64,000 bases of DNA, taken from the NCBI GenBank assembly GCA_963664395.2, contig OY761159.2:1120001-1184000 (forward strand). The letters are read 5' to 3'. Shown in pieces: positions 1-10,046 of this stretch. Position numbers and translations under genes: made by a program. The notes below the pieces were generated by a model. That model was given only the letters and a program-made list of their open reading frames with translations, ran no database searches and was not told the DNA's origin. The DNA comes from Candidatus Binatia bacterium (GTDB taxonomy: Bacteria; Desulfobacterota; Binatia; Bin18). The first letter of the stretch is position 1, and each line of letters starts with the position of its first letter.

Positions 1-87
1 CTTCAATCCAGGATAAAAACAAAACGGAAACGTTCCAAGGTTCACAAGCGTCCCATGATTAAGTCTCAAAAATAAGGAGGTGTCCGT

Positions 88-537
88 ATGAAAAAAGAAG
101 CGATCAATCCCGACAATGTGTGGAAGCCGGAAGACTACTTCAATATCTACCACTCTCCCGGTTTACCCAAAGTCCCACCCGAAAAATCAGGCTGGGAACA
201 AGCCGTTAAAAAGGGCAACTGGCTGTTTATCTCGGGCCAGACGCCAACCACGCCAGACGGAAAAACGATTGCCACCGATATGCATGCCCAACTCCGACAG
301 GCGCTACAAAACACCCGGAATATTGTCGAGACCGTGGGCGGCACGATGGATGACATTGTGTCGATCCGCTACTACTTTAAGGCGGGATATGTGGAGGAAG
401 GGCTGGCTGCGCTGCGGGATTTGGGCGGTGAATATTTTCAGAGTCCCTACCCCTCTACCACATGTGTCGAAGTCGTGCGGGTGGCGTGGGCCGATCATCT
501 TTTGGAAGTTGAGGCCATCGCCATATTGGATGAGTGA
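88..537 (+). CDS. RidA/YjgF/YER057c/UK114 family protein
   Basis: LFISGQ, QLRQALQN, PSTTCVEV, LEVEAIA motifs; strong RBS TAAGGAGGT upstream. Confidence 0.9.
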   Translation: MKKEAINPDNVWKPEDYFNIYHSPGLPKVPPEKSGWEQAVKKGNWLFISGQTPTTPDGKTIATDMHAQLRQALQNTRNIVETVGGTMDDIVSIRYYFKAGYVEEGLAALRDLGGEYFQSPYPSTTCVEVVRVAWADHLLEVEAIAILDE

Positions 538-564
538 GGAAAAAGCACACGTTCTTGCTACATA

Positions 565-1362
565 CTAATCGGTAAACGTCGCCTCGACGGTTCCGAGTGA
601 ACCGAAGTCTCCCAGAACCCGGGTCCCCGGTGTGATCTCAGTCGGCTGAATACACGTTCCGGTGGTCACGATCTGTCCGGCCTTGAGACCGCCGGCCCGG
701 ACCGTTAGCTCATTGGCCAGCCAGGTAAGAGCAATACGTGGGTCGCCGAGCACGTTGGCGCCGCATCCCTCGCCAGCCCGGGCGCCGTTCAGGCTGAGCG
801 ACACGGGATGGGCGGCAAGGTCGATAGTTCCCCAGTCAGATGCTGCCTCGCTTCCCCATACGAATAGCCCGGCACAGGCACTGTCCGCGATCAGCTGGGC
901 GGGACCGGCAGTGCTGAAATCCAGGAATCGCGAGTCAGGGACCTCGATAGCCGGATGCAAGCTTGCGACACTGGCCATGACCTCGTCCATCGAGTATTCA
1001 TGATCGCGCGGTGGCAGGTCGCGCGCCAGCCGGAAGGCAAACTCCAACTCCACCACGCGCATCCCGTTCGCGCCGAGTGAGAGCGTTGCCGGGCTGCGGC
1101 TGATCTTCTCTGCCAGTAGCCGCCCCGCCAGCGGCCCGTCCACACCAATATGCGCCTGTCCGGCCTGACTGGTGGCGGCAATCTTCCAGCCCGAAACGGC
1201 CTGTCCCGAACAGGCGGCCAGCCTTGCCTGAACCGCATACCCATCCTCAATGGTCTGCGGCCGACACTCACCAGGTAATCGTTCGAGCTTTCGACCATCC
1301 TGCCAGGCGTTCCAGAGTAACTGGGCCGCCTCGTGTATTTGTGCTTGGTCCATGAGCTTCAT
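565..1362 (-). CDS. 2-keto-4-pentenoate hydratase / FAH-fold hydratase-decarboxylase
   Basis: GYAVQ, GWKIAATS, ELEFAF, PAIEVPDSR, GQIVTTGT motifs of the MhpD family. Confidence 0.88.
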   Translation of the reverse strand: MKLMDQAQIHEAAQLLWNAWQDGRKLERLPGECRPQTIEDGYAVQARLAACSGQAVSGWKIAATSQAGQAHIGVDGPLAGRLLAEKISRSPATLSLGANGMRVVELEFAFRLARDLPPRDHEYSMDEVMASVASLHPAIEVPDSRFLDFSTAGPAQLIADSACAGLFVWGSEAASDWGTIDLAAHPVSLSLNGARAGEGCGANVLGDPRIALTWLANELTVRAGGLKAGQIVTTGTCIQPTEITPGTRVLGDFGSLGTVEATFTD

Positions 1363-1417
1363 CCAGTCTCAATACGGAACCACGCTAAGATCCTCAGAGG
1401 GTGCCGGGGTGATATCA

Positions 1418-1897
1418 CTATTGCGCAGCGTTTACTTGCCATTCCTTCGTAATCCGCCCCTCTTCTCCACCAGGAGTCCAGATCACTAATGCGTGCACTG
1501 GCTCCTTGGATTTCACTGTGTGACGTGTCGTCGTGTTGGCCGGTACCAAACAGGCCATACCAGCGCTGAGCGTCTGTACCTTTCCCTCACTCGTCTGTTC
1601 CATCTCTCCAGACAGAATATAAAAAGTTTCGGTCGCCTGATGGATGTGGTCGGGTACGTCAACCCCCGGCGGCACGACTAAATACCCAAGAGTCAGCTCT
1701 GTCGTCCCCCCGAGGTGTTGATCGATCAAGATGGTAATTTCTGTCTTCGTGACCGGGTCGATGTATGTCGTTGCCTGTTCGGGGCGGACGAATCGCGACG
1801 GCTCCTCGGCCAGAGTTACCGCAGACGGGAAAGTGTAAACGAGCCCCACCAGTAGCACAGGAATACTCATCCAACGTGAGAGACGCGGGGTAGGCAT
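1418..1897 (-). CDS. cupin domain protein with probable signal peptide
   Basis: PDHIH..ETFYILSG and VPANTTTRH cupin motifs; hydrophobic N-terminus ending TLA-EE. Confidence 0.8.
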   Translation of the reverse strand: MPTPRLSRWMSIPVLLVGLVYTFPSAVTLAEEPSRFVRPEQATTYIDPVTKTEITILIDQHLGGTTELTLGYLVVPPGVDVPDHIHQATETFYILSGEMEQTSEGKVQTLSAGMACLVPANTTTRHTVKSKEPVHALVIWTPGGEEGRITKEWQVNAAQ

Positions 1898-1912
1898 CGT
1901 TTCAATCTCCTT

Positions 1913-1941
1913 TTGACATTGCCCCCTTTTGGCAGGATAAT
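1913..1941 (+). promoter_or_regulatory. sigma70-like promoter for the 2037 operon
   Basis: TTGACA (1913-1918), 17 bp spacer, GATAAT (1936-1941). Confidence 0.6.
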
Positions 1942-2036
1942 ACCAGCCCGCAAGGAGGGGGATCGCGCCGGGGTCACCATAGGACGGTCAGCCATAGAAC
2001 TGCAAGAGCAACACAAGGTTAAAAGGAGGGCAAACC

Positions 2037-3140
2037 ATGGCAGGCAAAGATAGCAGTGATCGTAGCCTTCGCATCGCCTCAATGACGACGATGCTGGATT
2101 ATCATTGGATGTTTCTGCGGACACTCTCTTCTTCAGTCCGAGAATACTTGGGCGAGGCAGGGCTTGCAGCGCTTGAGCGCGGCTTCCGGCGGGCGGGCTA
2201 TTCTCGTGGCCAGCGCATTCGTGACCGCCCGGAGACCTTTGCCCAAGGACGTGATGCCCTGTCGCTGATCCGCAACTGGGATATGGGTGATCACGCGATG
2301 GGCGCGGAGACGGGTTCGTTTGCAGTCAACGGCACCGCGGCCCGAGCAACCGTCAGCCTCCCCCACGTTCCCGGCGCGGACTACTTCAGCGCCCATGCCG
2401 GGGGTGACATACTGGAGCCCTATTGGCGCAATACCTTGGCCGGTATGGCGGAAGGCTATGATGCGGCAACCGGGGTCGAGTTCTCTGCCGTGACATTGGA
2501 CCTGAACACGCCCTGGCAGCTCACCTGGACCTACCAGGGCGAATCCGAAGAGGTCACTGCTGGGCCAGTGGAGGATGTTTTTGCTCAGCCGTCCAAGGCT
2601 ATCCAACTCACCCGGAGTACCTTTGCCGCGTTTGCAGTCATGCAGATGTATGTCGGCTTTGAGCTGATTGATCGGTTTGATGCGTCAGGCGAGCGCGCGC
2701 TGCGCGAGGCCCTGTATCAGTTCGGGGTTGAGCGCGGCCAGGGCATGCGCGAACAGGCGCTGAGCCAAGGACGGCCGCTGGACTTTCAGTCCTGGTTCGA
2801 CGTACTCCAAGAACGCGACCCGGCCGAATCGGTTTTTGTCTTTCGCGGCGATACCCATATTTCACCAGGCGTCATGCAGGCCGAGTGCACCTACTGCCCG
2901 CTGGCTGAGGTCTGGTCGGGAGAGGGCGAGCGCGGTCTGAAGCTTGGCTATATGTACGATGTCGAAGTCCACCGGGGGTTGGTTGAGTCCTATCATCCTG
3001 GTGGCCGGATTGGCTGGAATACGGTTAAGACTCGCGGTGACCGGACCTGTAAATTCCATTTCTCGATTCCAGAGCTTGTGACGGCTGATGATCCCGATTG
3101 GGCCCAGCCGCGCCGCCAGAACAAAACCGAGCCAGACTAA
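2037..3140 (+). CDS. L-2-amino-thiazoline-4-carboxylate (ATC) hydrolase-like protein, two-domain
   Basis: C-half GERALREAL..FGVERG, CTYCPLAEVW, GDRTCKF; N-half repeats the GEAGLAALERG..AGYSRG pattern; RBS AAAGGAGG. Confidence 0.7.
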   Translation: MAGKDSSDRSLRIASMTTMLDYHWMFLRTLSSSVREYLGEAGLAALERGFRRAGYSRGQRIRDRPETFAQGRDALSLIRNWDMGDHAMGAETGSFAVNGTAARATVSLPHVPGADYFSAHAGGDILEPYWRNTLAGMAEGYDAATGVEFSAVTLDLNTPWQLTWTYQGESEEVTAGPVEDVFAQPSKAIQLTRSTFAAFAVMQMYVGFELIDRFDASGERALREALYQFGVERGQGMREQALSQGRPLDFQSWFDVLQERDPAESVFVFRGDTHISPGVMQAECTYCPLAEVWSGEGERGLKLGYMYDVEVHRGLVESYHPGGRIGWNTVKTRGDRTCKFHFSIPELVTADDPDWAQPRRQNKTEPD

Positions 3141-3182
3141 ACCAAAACGACGCGGTTCATGACTATGTAGAGGAGGCCCATC

Positions 3183-4130
3183 ATGCTCGATATGCTCAAT
3201 ATGCTCGAGAACCCCGTTCCGTGGCCCAACGGCGCGCGCTGTGCGGCATCCATTACGTTCGATATGGATACGGACAGCGCCTTACATCTGTCGCATGCCG
3301 ATGCGTATAAACGTGTGGCCGCCCTGTCGTGGTTACGCTACGACGAGGTCGCAGTGCCGCGGATTGTGAAGCTGTTTAACCACTATAATATCAAGGGGAC
3401 CTTTTTCGTGCCGGGCTGGTGCGTCGAACGCTATCCGGCCACGGTCGAGACGATTGTCGCCAGTGACCACGAACTGGCCTATCACGGCTATCTGCACGAG
3501 AACCCCATGGACCAGACGCGCGAAGGCGAGCGCTACTGGCTGGAGCGCAGCATTGAGGCGATTGAGCGCCTCAGCGGCAAACGACCGGTGGGCGGGCGGG
3601 CGCCGTATTACAACTACTCGCCCCATTCCACCGGGCTGCTGGCCCAGGCCGGCTTTGTGTACGATTCGAGTCTCATGGCCGACAGCCAGCCCTATGTCAT
3701 GCGCGCGACCGAGGGCGAGGTCATCGAATTGCCGACCGACTGGGCCATGGACGACTGGCCGCAATATGCGCATAGCCCGGACTTTCATTATCTGATGCCC
3801 ACGCGCGCGCCGGACAAAGCCATGGAAGTCTTCATGGCTGAGTTCGAGGCGGCCTATGCCTTCGGCGGCCTGTGGGTCACGGTCTGGCATCCGTTTGTGA
3901 CCGGGCGGCTGGCCCGCCTCGCCCAGGTCGCAAAGATGATAGAAGAGCTGCAAAACCGGGGCGACGTGTGGTTTGCCACCATGGAGGAAATCGCCCTGCA
4001 CGTGCGGCGCTGTATCGCGGACGGGAGCTACACGCCGCGCGTTGTTGCCATGCCCTACTATGAGGAACCCATTCCGGAATTGACCGCAGGATTTCCCGCA
4101 GGCCTGGAACTCAGAAAGCCGAGCGGTTAG
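3183..4130 (+). CDS. polysaccharide deacetylase family (PuuE/HpPgdA-like)
   Basis: PWPNGARCA.SITFDMD, TFFVPG, HELAYHGYLHE, YDSSLM, WHP. Confidence 0.88.
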   Translation: MLDMLNMLENPVPWPNGARCAASITFDMDTDSALHLSHADAYKRVAALSWLRYDEVAVPRIVKLFNHYNIKGTFFVPGWCVERYPATVETIVASDHELAYHGYLHENPMDQTREGERYWLERSIEAIERLSGKRPVGGRAPYYNYSPHSTGLLAQAGFVYDSSLMADSQPYVMRATEGEVIELPTDWAMDDWPQYAHSPDFHYLMPTRAPDKAMEVFMAEFEAAYAFGGLWVTVWHPFVTGRLARLAQVAKMIEELQNRGDVWFATMEEIALHVRRCIADGSYTPRVVAMPYYEEPIPELTAGFPAGLELRKPSG

Positions 4131-5536
4131 ACGGGATGCCGTGTATGCCAGGTTGTGCTTTGCTCGTAGGCATACGCGAGGTGCAGGACCGTGGCTTCCT
4201 CAAACGGTCGCCCAACGAGTTGGAGCCCGATCGGGAGACCGGCGGGCGTAAACCCGCACGGTACCGAAATGGCGGGTAGGCCCGTCATATTAAACGGTCG
4301 GGTCGCCCGAGCGATATGAGCCGCAACGGGGAATTCCTTGTCGCCTATGGTGACGGTCGGCTGGTCTATCCTGCTGGCCGCCAGGACGGTCGTGGGCGTC
4401 ACCAACGCATCGACCCGGCCGAGCAGGTCGAGCATCTCCTGGCGTAACAGCGACCGAAAACGTTGGGCCTTGAGATATTGGGCGGCCTGCACGCAAGCGC
4501 CCAGCAACAGCCGGGTGCGCACGTCAGCGCCATAGTCCTGGCTGCGCGTCTGCATAGTCCGGGCATGAATCTCATACGCCTCCGCCGCAATAATAGCAGT
4601 CGAGCTGGCAATCACATGCTGAATGCTGGGAATCGAGACGGCTTCGACCGTCGCTCCCAGGCCAGACAAATGCTGTATGGCCGCCTGTACCCCCTCGCGG
4701 ACCGCCGGCTCAACGTCTTCAAAAAAATACTCTTGCGGCACACCGAGACGGAGCCCACGGATGTCCTCCTTCAGAGCCGCCGTATAATCCGGCACCGCTG
4801 TCGCGCTGGCGGTCGGGTCGTTGGGGTCGGGGCCGGCGATGGCGTGCAGCAACACGGCCGCGTCGGCCACCGTTCTGACCATAGGACCGACATGGTCGCA
4901 TGAATGGCTGAGCGGATAGACCCCGAACCGACTCACCCGCCCATACGTCGGCTTGAGACCGACAATGCCGCTGAGCGAAGCCGGAATACGGACCGAGCCG
5001 CCCGTATCCGTTCCGAGCGTCCCCAGGGCCAGTCCGGCCGCCATGGCCACCGCCGAGCCGCCGCTCGACCCACCGGGAAGACGGGTGCGGTCCCACGGAT
5101 TGCGCGGGGTACCGTAGTGCGGATTGAGCGAAGTCCCTCCCCAGGCGAACTCGTGCATATTGAGTTTCCCCAGCAGAATCGTGCCGGCTTGCTTGAGTCG
5201 GGTGACAACCGTGGCATCGCTGTCCGCGATATGATCGGCCATGATTTTTGAGCCGCAGGTCATGCGGACGCCCTTGACCGCAAACAGGTCCTTGAGCGCG
5301 ATGGGAATGCCGTGGAGCGGCCCTCGATATTGCCCGTGCACAATTTCCTGTTCCGCGGTGTGCGCTGCGGCCAGCGCTTCATCTCTCAGGATGGTGAGAT
5401 AGGCCAGGTATTCGTCGTTCAATCGGTCAATCCGGTCAAGATACACACGAGTCACCTCTACGGGTGAGACTTCTTTCTTTTGGATGAGAGGCGCTAACTC
5501 GGCAATGCTCGTAAAGACTAACTCTTCAGTCTTCAT
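4127..5536 (-). CDS. amidase signature family enzyme (GatA/AtzE-like)
   Basis: PIALKD, PGGSSGGS, GTDTGGSVRIP catalytic Lys-cisSer-Ser motifs. Confidence 0.92.
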   Translation of the reverse strand: MKTEELVFTSIAELAPLIQKKEVSPVEVTRVYLDRIDRLNDEYLAYLTILRDEALAAAHTAEQEIVHGQYRGPLHGIPIALKDLFAVKGVRMTCGSKIMADHIADSDATVVTRLKQAGTILLGKLNMHEFAWGGTSLNPHYGTPRNPWDRTRLPGGSSGGSAVAMAAGLALGTLGTDTGGSVRIPASLSGIVGLKPTYGRVSRFGVYPLSHSCDHVGPMVRTVADAAVLLHAIAGPDPNDPTASATAVPDYTAALKEDIRGLRLGVPQEYFFEDVEPAVREGVQAAIQHLSGLGATVEAVSIPSIQHVIASSTAIIAAEAYEIHARTMQTRSQDYGADVRTRLLLGACVQAAQYLKAQRFRSLLRQEMLDLLGRVDALVTPTTVLAASRIDQPTVTIGDKEFPVAAHIARATRPFNMTGLPAISVPCGFTPAGLPIGLQLVGRPFEEATVLHLAYAYEQSTTWHTRHPV

Positions 5537-5744
5537 TGCGTTCGCCCTCCGACATCACAAAGCTCACCGCCGGCTCTATATGACTGAGGTTCAAGGCGTC
5601 CAGCGCGTCCAGTCCCGCAGACAATTGTGCATACAGCGTCGTCAGCTCTTTGAGAGCATCCTCACTCAGCGGTTCTGCGAGCTTGTCTCGGAGAAGAGCC
5701 GCCACGAGTTCTCGATCTCTCACAGGAATCGCTCTTTTGTCCAT
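5526..5744 (-). CDS. small helical amidase partner (GatC/AtzG-like), 72 aa
   Basis: ATG at 5744 preceded by GAGGGAGG RBS; overlaps amidase start; ends in the ..L.L..IEPA..F pattern. Confidence 0.6.
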   Translation of the reverse strand: MDKRAIPVRDRELVAALLRDKLAEPLSEDALKELTTLYAQLSAGLDALDALNLSHIEPAVSFVMSEGERNED

Positions 5745-5860
5745 TTCGCCTCCCTCAGAAGCTGTTGCCCATGGATCAGCGCCTGGTGGTTCATCGCACG
5801 GATTTTGCGAACTTGTCATTCTGAAGAGCGCAGGTGAAGAACGACACCAGACATATTCGA

Positions 5861-6256
5861 CTAGAGTAGGTCTGCCCCAGCCTGAGCACAGTCTTCGTCC
5901 TGCTGACCAGTCCCCCCACCAACGCCGCACGCGCCCTCAAGTACCCCGTCGCGCATGATCGCAACGCCCCCCTGGCTGGCGATCATGTGGCCCCCTTCTG
6001 CCGCAACAATCCCACGTACAATCGGGCTGTCGGCCATTTGTTGGAGGGCGCCACTGGGCCGGGCAAAGCCGGCTGAAGCGACGGCCTTACCCTGGGAGCC
6101 GTAGACGCCGGCCCACAAGGCACCATCCATGCGGTTGAAAGCCACGAGGCGTCCCCCAGCGTCACACACGGCTACGCTGATCTTGATGTTGAGCTCTTGC
6201 GCCTTGGCTATGGCCCCGGCAGCAATGCGGTTCGCTTCTTCCAATGTCAGTACCAT
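5861..6256 (-). CDS. GlcG/HbpS family heme-binding protein
   Basis: LTLEEA, VAVCDAGG.L.AF.RMDGA, GGV, GACGVGG...QDE. Confidence 0.9.
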   Translation of the reverse strand: MVLTLEEANRIAAGAIAKAQELNIKISVAVCDAGGRLVAFNRMDGALWAGVYGSQGKAVASAGFARPSGALQQMADSPIVRGIVAAEGGHMIASQGGVAIMRDGVLEGACGVGGGTGQQDEDCAQAGADLL

Positions 6257-6378
6257 ACGGCAAACCCTCCTCTCTCAATATAAAATTGAACTTGCAAATT
6301 ATGGGCAATTTTGCAAACGATGCAGATACAGAAGATAGCAGCGTTTGGCCGAGAAACCCACAGGAAAGGAGCAGTCAT

Positions 6379-7092
6379 ATGAGGGCAGAGAGTCTGGAAT
6401 ATAGAGATGGGGATGTCACGCTCAAGGGATTTGTGGCGCTGGATGACCAGAGCAATCATAAGCGACCCGGGATTCTGGTGATGCCCGAGGCATTTGGATT
6501 GGGCAAGCAGGCCAAGGACCGTGCCCTGCGACTGGCCTCACTCGGCTATGCCGCACTGGCGGGCGACCCGTATGGCAACGGCCTGGAGGTCAGCGATCTT
6601 CAGGAAGCGATTAAACACGCCGGAGCCATACGCGAGGATAACACCAAGTTTCGTCAGCGCATCCGCGCCGGACTCGACGCGCTGACGGCGCTGCCACAGG
6701 TGGACACTGACCGGCTTGTGGTCATGGGCTATTGTATGGGCGGCTCCTGTTCCCTGGAAATGGCGCGAGACGGCGCACCGCTCAAGGGCGTGGTCTCATT
6801 TCACGGCGCCCTGGAAACGCAGAGTCCGGCAGAGCCGGGCAAAGTACAAGCAAAGGTCCTGGTGTGCCACGGTGCGGATGACCCCTTTGTCCCGGTCGAA
6901 CATGTCACTGCCTTTGAAGAGGAGATGACCAAGGCCGGAGTTGACTGGCAGGTCATCAGCTATGGCGGCACGGTGCATAGCTTTACGAATCCGGAGGCCG
7001 ACGGCTCCATAGAAGGCATTTGCTACAATAAGCAGGCGGATGAGCGCTCGTGGCAGGCGATGCAGGCATTCTTTGACGAGATTTTCGCCTAG
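6379..7092 (+). CDS. dienelactone hydrolase family protein
   Basis: MPEAFGL, GYCMGG, SFHG, HGADD, HSFTNP; start moved to ATG 6379 after AAAGGAG. Confidence 0.9.
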   Translation: MRAESLEYRDGDVTLKGFVALDDQSNHKRPGILVMPEAFGLGKQAKDRALRLASLGYAALAGDPYGNGLEVSDLQEAIKHAGAIREDNTKFRQRIRAGLDALTALPQVDTDRLVVMGYCMGGSCSLEMARDGAPLKGVVSFHGALETQSPAEPGKVQAKVLVCHGADDPFVPVEHVTAFEEEMTKAGVDWQVISYGGTVHSFTNPEADGSIEGICYNKQADERSWQAMQAFFDEIFA

Positions 7093-7104
7093 CCCTTATC
7101 CTGA

Positions 7105-7755
7105 CTAAATTTCATACACATCGACCTCTTCACGTCCAGCCATCCATTCCGTCTCGCGGTGCTGGACCTGGACGTGAAGGCGCGAGGCCGCAAGCTGTTC
7201 CAAAAATTTTTCGACACCCTCCCGTCGCGGGTCGCCAAAAAAAGCCCTGCCGCCCGTTTTAAGCGTGGCCGCCAAGAGCTTATACATCCAGCCGCCATCG
7301 ACCGCCTCGTACAGCACGTCAGCACCGACAAGGACATCGTACTGGCCAAGCTGCCGCACGCTGTTCTCATCCAGCCAGCAGCGGCACAGTTCCTGAACAC
7401 GGGGGACAGTATTGAGTTCACAATTGCGCTGGACCAGCCGCAGAGCCTCAGGAATATGGTCAAGCGCGGTGACCTGCGCGCCCAGCGAAGACAGCACCAC
7501 ACTCTCCAGCCCGACCCCACAGCCAATCACCAAGGCATGCTTCTCGCGCCACCACTCGGCCGGATAGGTCGAGGCAAGATACTGCGACAGGGCGAGGCTC
7601 GCCGGCCAGGCCAGATGCCAGTAGTCGTTCGCGCCACAGTACGGACAGCGGGAAAATTCGGGCTGGACGTTGCGGAGTTCAATCAGACGCACGACGAGCT
7701 GCGGCGTGACCCGATACGGGAGAATGCTTTCTTCGAAGAGTGGACGTTCGCTCAT
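7105..7755 (-). CDS. class I SAM-dependent methyltransferase (Methyltransf_16-like)
   Basis: YW.LAWPASLAL, IGCGVG, LDW, GADVLYE, DPRR. Confidence 0.85.
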   Translation of the reverse strand: MSERPLFEESILPYRVTPQLVVRLIELRNVQPEFSRCPYCGANDYWHLAWPASLALSQYLASTYPAEWWREKHALVIGCGVGLESVVLSSLGAQVTALDHIPEALRLVQRNCELNTVPRVQELCRCWLDENSVRQLGQYDVLVGADVLYEAVDGGWMYKLLAATLKTGGRAFFGDPRREGVEKFLEQLAASRLHVQVQHRETEWMAGREEVDVYEI

Positions 7756-7969
7756 ACCCCAGCGATCCTTTCACGCAGGACACGAAGACACAGTTCTGTC
7801 TTTCCCCCCTACGGCTCTCAGCTCCTCTCTATTATCAAGAAAAAGGCATGTAGTGAGAGATACGTTTTCACTTGACAGCTCGTATGACAGTGCATTAGGA
7901 CGGAGGCACGAGGAAATCTCTGGGAGTACACACCATTAAGTAAGAACGTTTGCCGTAAGGAGGGACACT

Positions 7970-8566
7970 ATGGCACGGCTCAGTCTCGTTGACCGCAAGC
8001 AGATGAGTCCACAGTATGCGCAACTGGTGGAACGGGTAAAGGACGCGGACGGCTATGTCAATTTTTTGAGCATGATGGCCCACCGCCAGGAGGTCGTTGA
8101 GCCCATGTGGCGAGCCTATGTTGACATGTTCGAGGGCGGCATCGTCGAGCCACCACTCAAGGAGCTGGTGCGTATCAAAATTGCCTATCTGAACGGGTGT
8201 TTATTTTGACAGGGCTTTCGCTATGCATCGGTGATGCAAAAAGGACTGACCGAAGAAAAAATCGCCCAACTCGAGGATTATGAAAACAGCCCCGCCTTTA
8301 CTCCCCGCGAGAAGAGCGCCCTCCGCTATGCCGAAAAGCTGGCCGTTGATGTCGACGCTATGGATAATGACGAGTTCTTTAGCGGGCTACAGCAACATTT
8401 TACCGACGCCGAGATCGTGGAGCTCGGCATTGTGATTGGATATGACATCGCCTTTGGTCGGCTGCTGCGCGTGTTTGACGCCGACCCGAAGGTGTGTGAA
8501 GTCCCGGAGCATCGGGAGGTTGGTATAGACGTTAGCCAATCCCCCGCTCTGTCCGCAGCAAAGTAG
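7970..8566 (+). CDS. AhpD/carboxymuconolactone decarboxylase-like peroxidase, putative selenoprotein (CxxU), 198 aa
   Basis: ORFs 7970-8209 and 8231-8566 are in the same frame, separated only by TGA 8207-8209 in N-G-C-L-F-*; both halves are CMD-like (LKELVRIKIA; FTPREKSALRYAE..HFTDAEIVEL); SECIS-like hairpin follows. Confidence 0.82.
8210..8248 (+). promoter_or_regulatory. bacterial SECIS-like hairpin
   Basis: upper stem TGCATC (8224-8229)/GATGCA (8233-8238) with GGT loop 20 nt after the UGA; lower pairing CAG/CTG and CTTT/AAAG. Confidence 0.72.
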
Positions 8567-8576
8567 TGAGTGCTAC

Positions 8577-8610
8577 GGGTGGGCCAGCAGACGGCCCACC
8601 CTCTTCTCTT
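8577..8610 (+). terminator. intrinsic terminator
   Basis: GGGTGGGCC-7nt-GGCCCACCC followed by TCTTCTCTT, right after stop 8566. Confidence 0.7.
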
Positions 8611-8655
8611 GGCTAGCTTACCGGAACGTCTCGGCGCTGTCGTCAGACAGCGCCC

Positions 8656-9897
8656 TCAGATCCGTTCGATAATCGTGGCAATGCCCATGCCGCCGCCGAT
8701 ACACATGGTGACCAGCCCGGTGGTTTTATCCTGACGTTCGAGTTCGTCGAGGACGGTTCCTATGAGCATGCTGCCGGTTGCGCCGAGCGGATGACCGAGA
8801 GCGATCGCCCCACCGTTGACGTTAACCGTGTCCGGGTCCATGTCACAGCCGCGCATGGTTTTCAGGGGGACAACCGCAAACGCCTCGTTGATCTCAATCA
8901 GGTCAATATCAGTGATTGTCATACCGGCTTTCTTGAGCACCTTTTTGGTAGCCGGAACCGGTGCGGTCAACATAATAATAGGCTCATCCCCCGCGGTTGC
9001 GGTGGCGACAATCCGAGCGCGCGGTTTCATACCGTGGCTGCGGGCATACTCCGGAGAGGTAAGCAGCAGGGCTCCCGCACCGTCAACGATGCCTGAAGAA
9101 TTGCCGGCGTGATGGACATGGTTGATCTCTTGCACATCCGTGTAGCGTGACAGCGCCTTTTCGTCGAAACTCAGCGTGTCGCCCTTTTGGACATACTTTC
9201 CCAGTTCCGCAAAGGAAGGGGGCAGTTGGCCAAGCCCTTCAAGCGTCGTGCCTGGTCGCGGGTATTCATCGTGTTCGAGGATCACGTTGCCTTCAGCATC
9301 GCGCACGGGGATCAGGCTCTTTTTCAGACGGCCCTCTTTGTGAGCACGGGCATAGCGCTGCTGGCTCGACAGCGCGAATGTGTCACAATCTTCGCGGCCA
9401 AACCCCTCTCGGGTGGCAATCAAATCACCTGAGATGCCTTGCTGTACAAGCGGATGGAGTTGGCGCAGATGGCGATTATGGCCGTCGATCCCACCCCGGT
9501 CCGCATTCATCGGCACGCGGGACATGGACTCCACACCACCGGCAACCACCACGTCCTGCTCGCCGGACTTGATGCCCATAGCCGCAAAATTCACCGCCTG
9601 CTGTCCTGAGCCGCAGAAACGGTTAATCGTGACACCCGTCGAATCGTTCGGCCACTCGGCTGCCAGCACAGACATCCGGGCGATGCACATCGCCTGTTCA
9701 CCATACGCAGTCACACAGCCCACCACCACGTCTTCAACGTCAAGCGGGTCCAAGTGGTTCCGTTCTTTTGTGGCATTCAGGACTTGCGCCATAAGCTCCT
9801 GGGGATGGAGTCCTGCCAGCGCCCCGTCTTTCTTGCCCCGCCCACGCGGGGTGCGAACTGCATCAATAATCCAGGCTTCGCCCATGACTTCCTCCAT
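8656..9897 (-). CDS. acetyl-CoA C-acyltransferase (thiolase)
   Basis: [36 protein letters not shown]. Confidence 0.95.
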   Translation of the reverse strand: MEEVMGEAWIIDAVRTPRGRGKKDGALAGLHPQELMAQVLNATKERNHLDPLDVEDVVVGCVTAYGEQAMCIARMSVLAAEWPNDSTGVTINRFCGSGQQAVNFAAMGIKSGEQDVVVAGGVESMSRVPMNADRGGIDGHNRHLRQLHPLVQQGISGDLIATREGFGREDCDTFALSSQQRYARAHKEGRLKKSLIPVRDAEGNVILEHDEYPRPGTTLEGLGQLPPSFAELGKYVQKGDTLSFDEKALSRYTDVQEINHVHHAGNSSGIVDGAGALLLTSPEYARSHGMKPRARIVATATAGDEPIIMLTAPVPATKKVLKKAGMTITDIDLIEINEAFAVVPLKTMRGCDMDPDTVNVNGGAIALGHPLGATGSMLIGTVLDELERQDKTTGLVTMCIGGGMGIATIIERI

Positions 9898-9980
9898 CGT
9901 TTCCTATCAGACAACTCAGTTGGGAATTCTATAGCGGTGGCCGCGGGCGAGAGGGGATTGTCCGTGTTTCAGCGACATCC

Positions 9981-10021
9981 GCCAAGTCGGGGGGACAGAC
10001 AATTGCGCGTCCCGACTTGGC
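9981..10021. terminator. inverted repeat, probable terminator after GPP34 gene
   Basis: GCCAAGTCGGG (9981-9991) / CCCGACTTGGC (10011-10021). Confidence 0.45.
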
Positions 10022-10046
10022 TCCTGACACCGCTGGCGTAGTCGGT

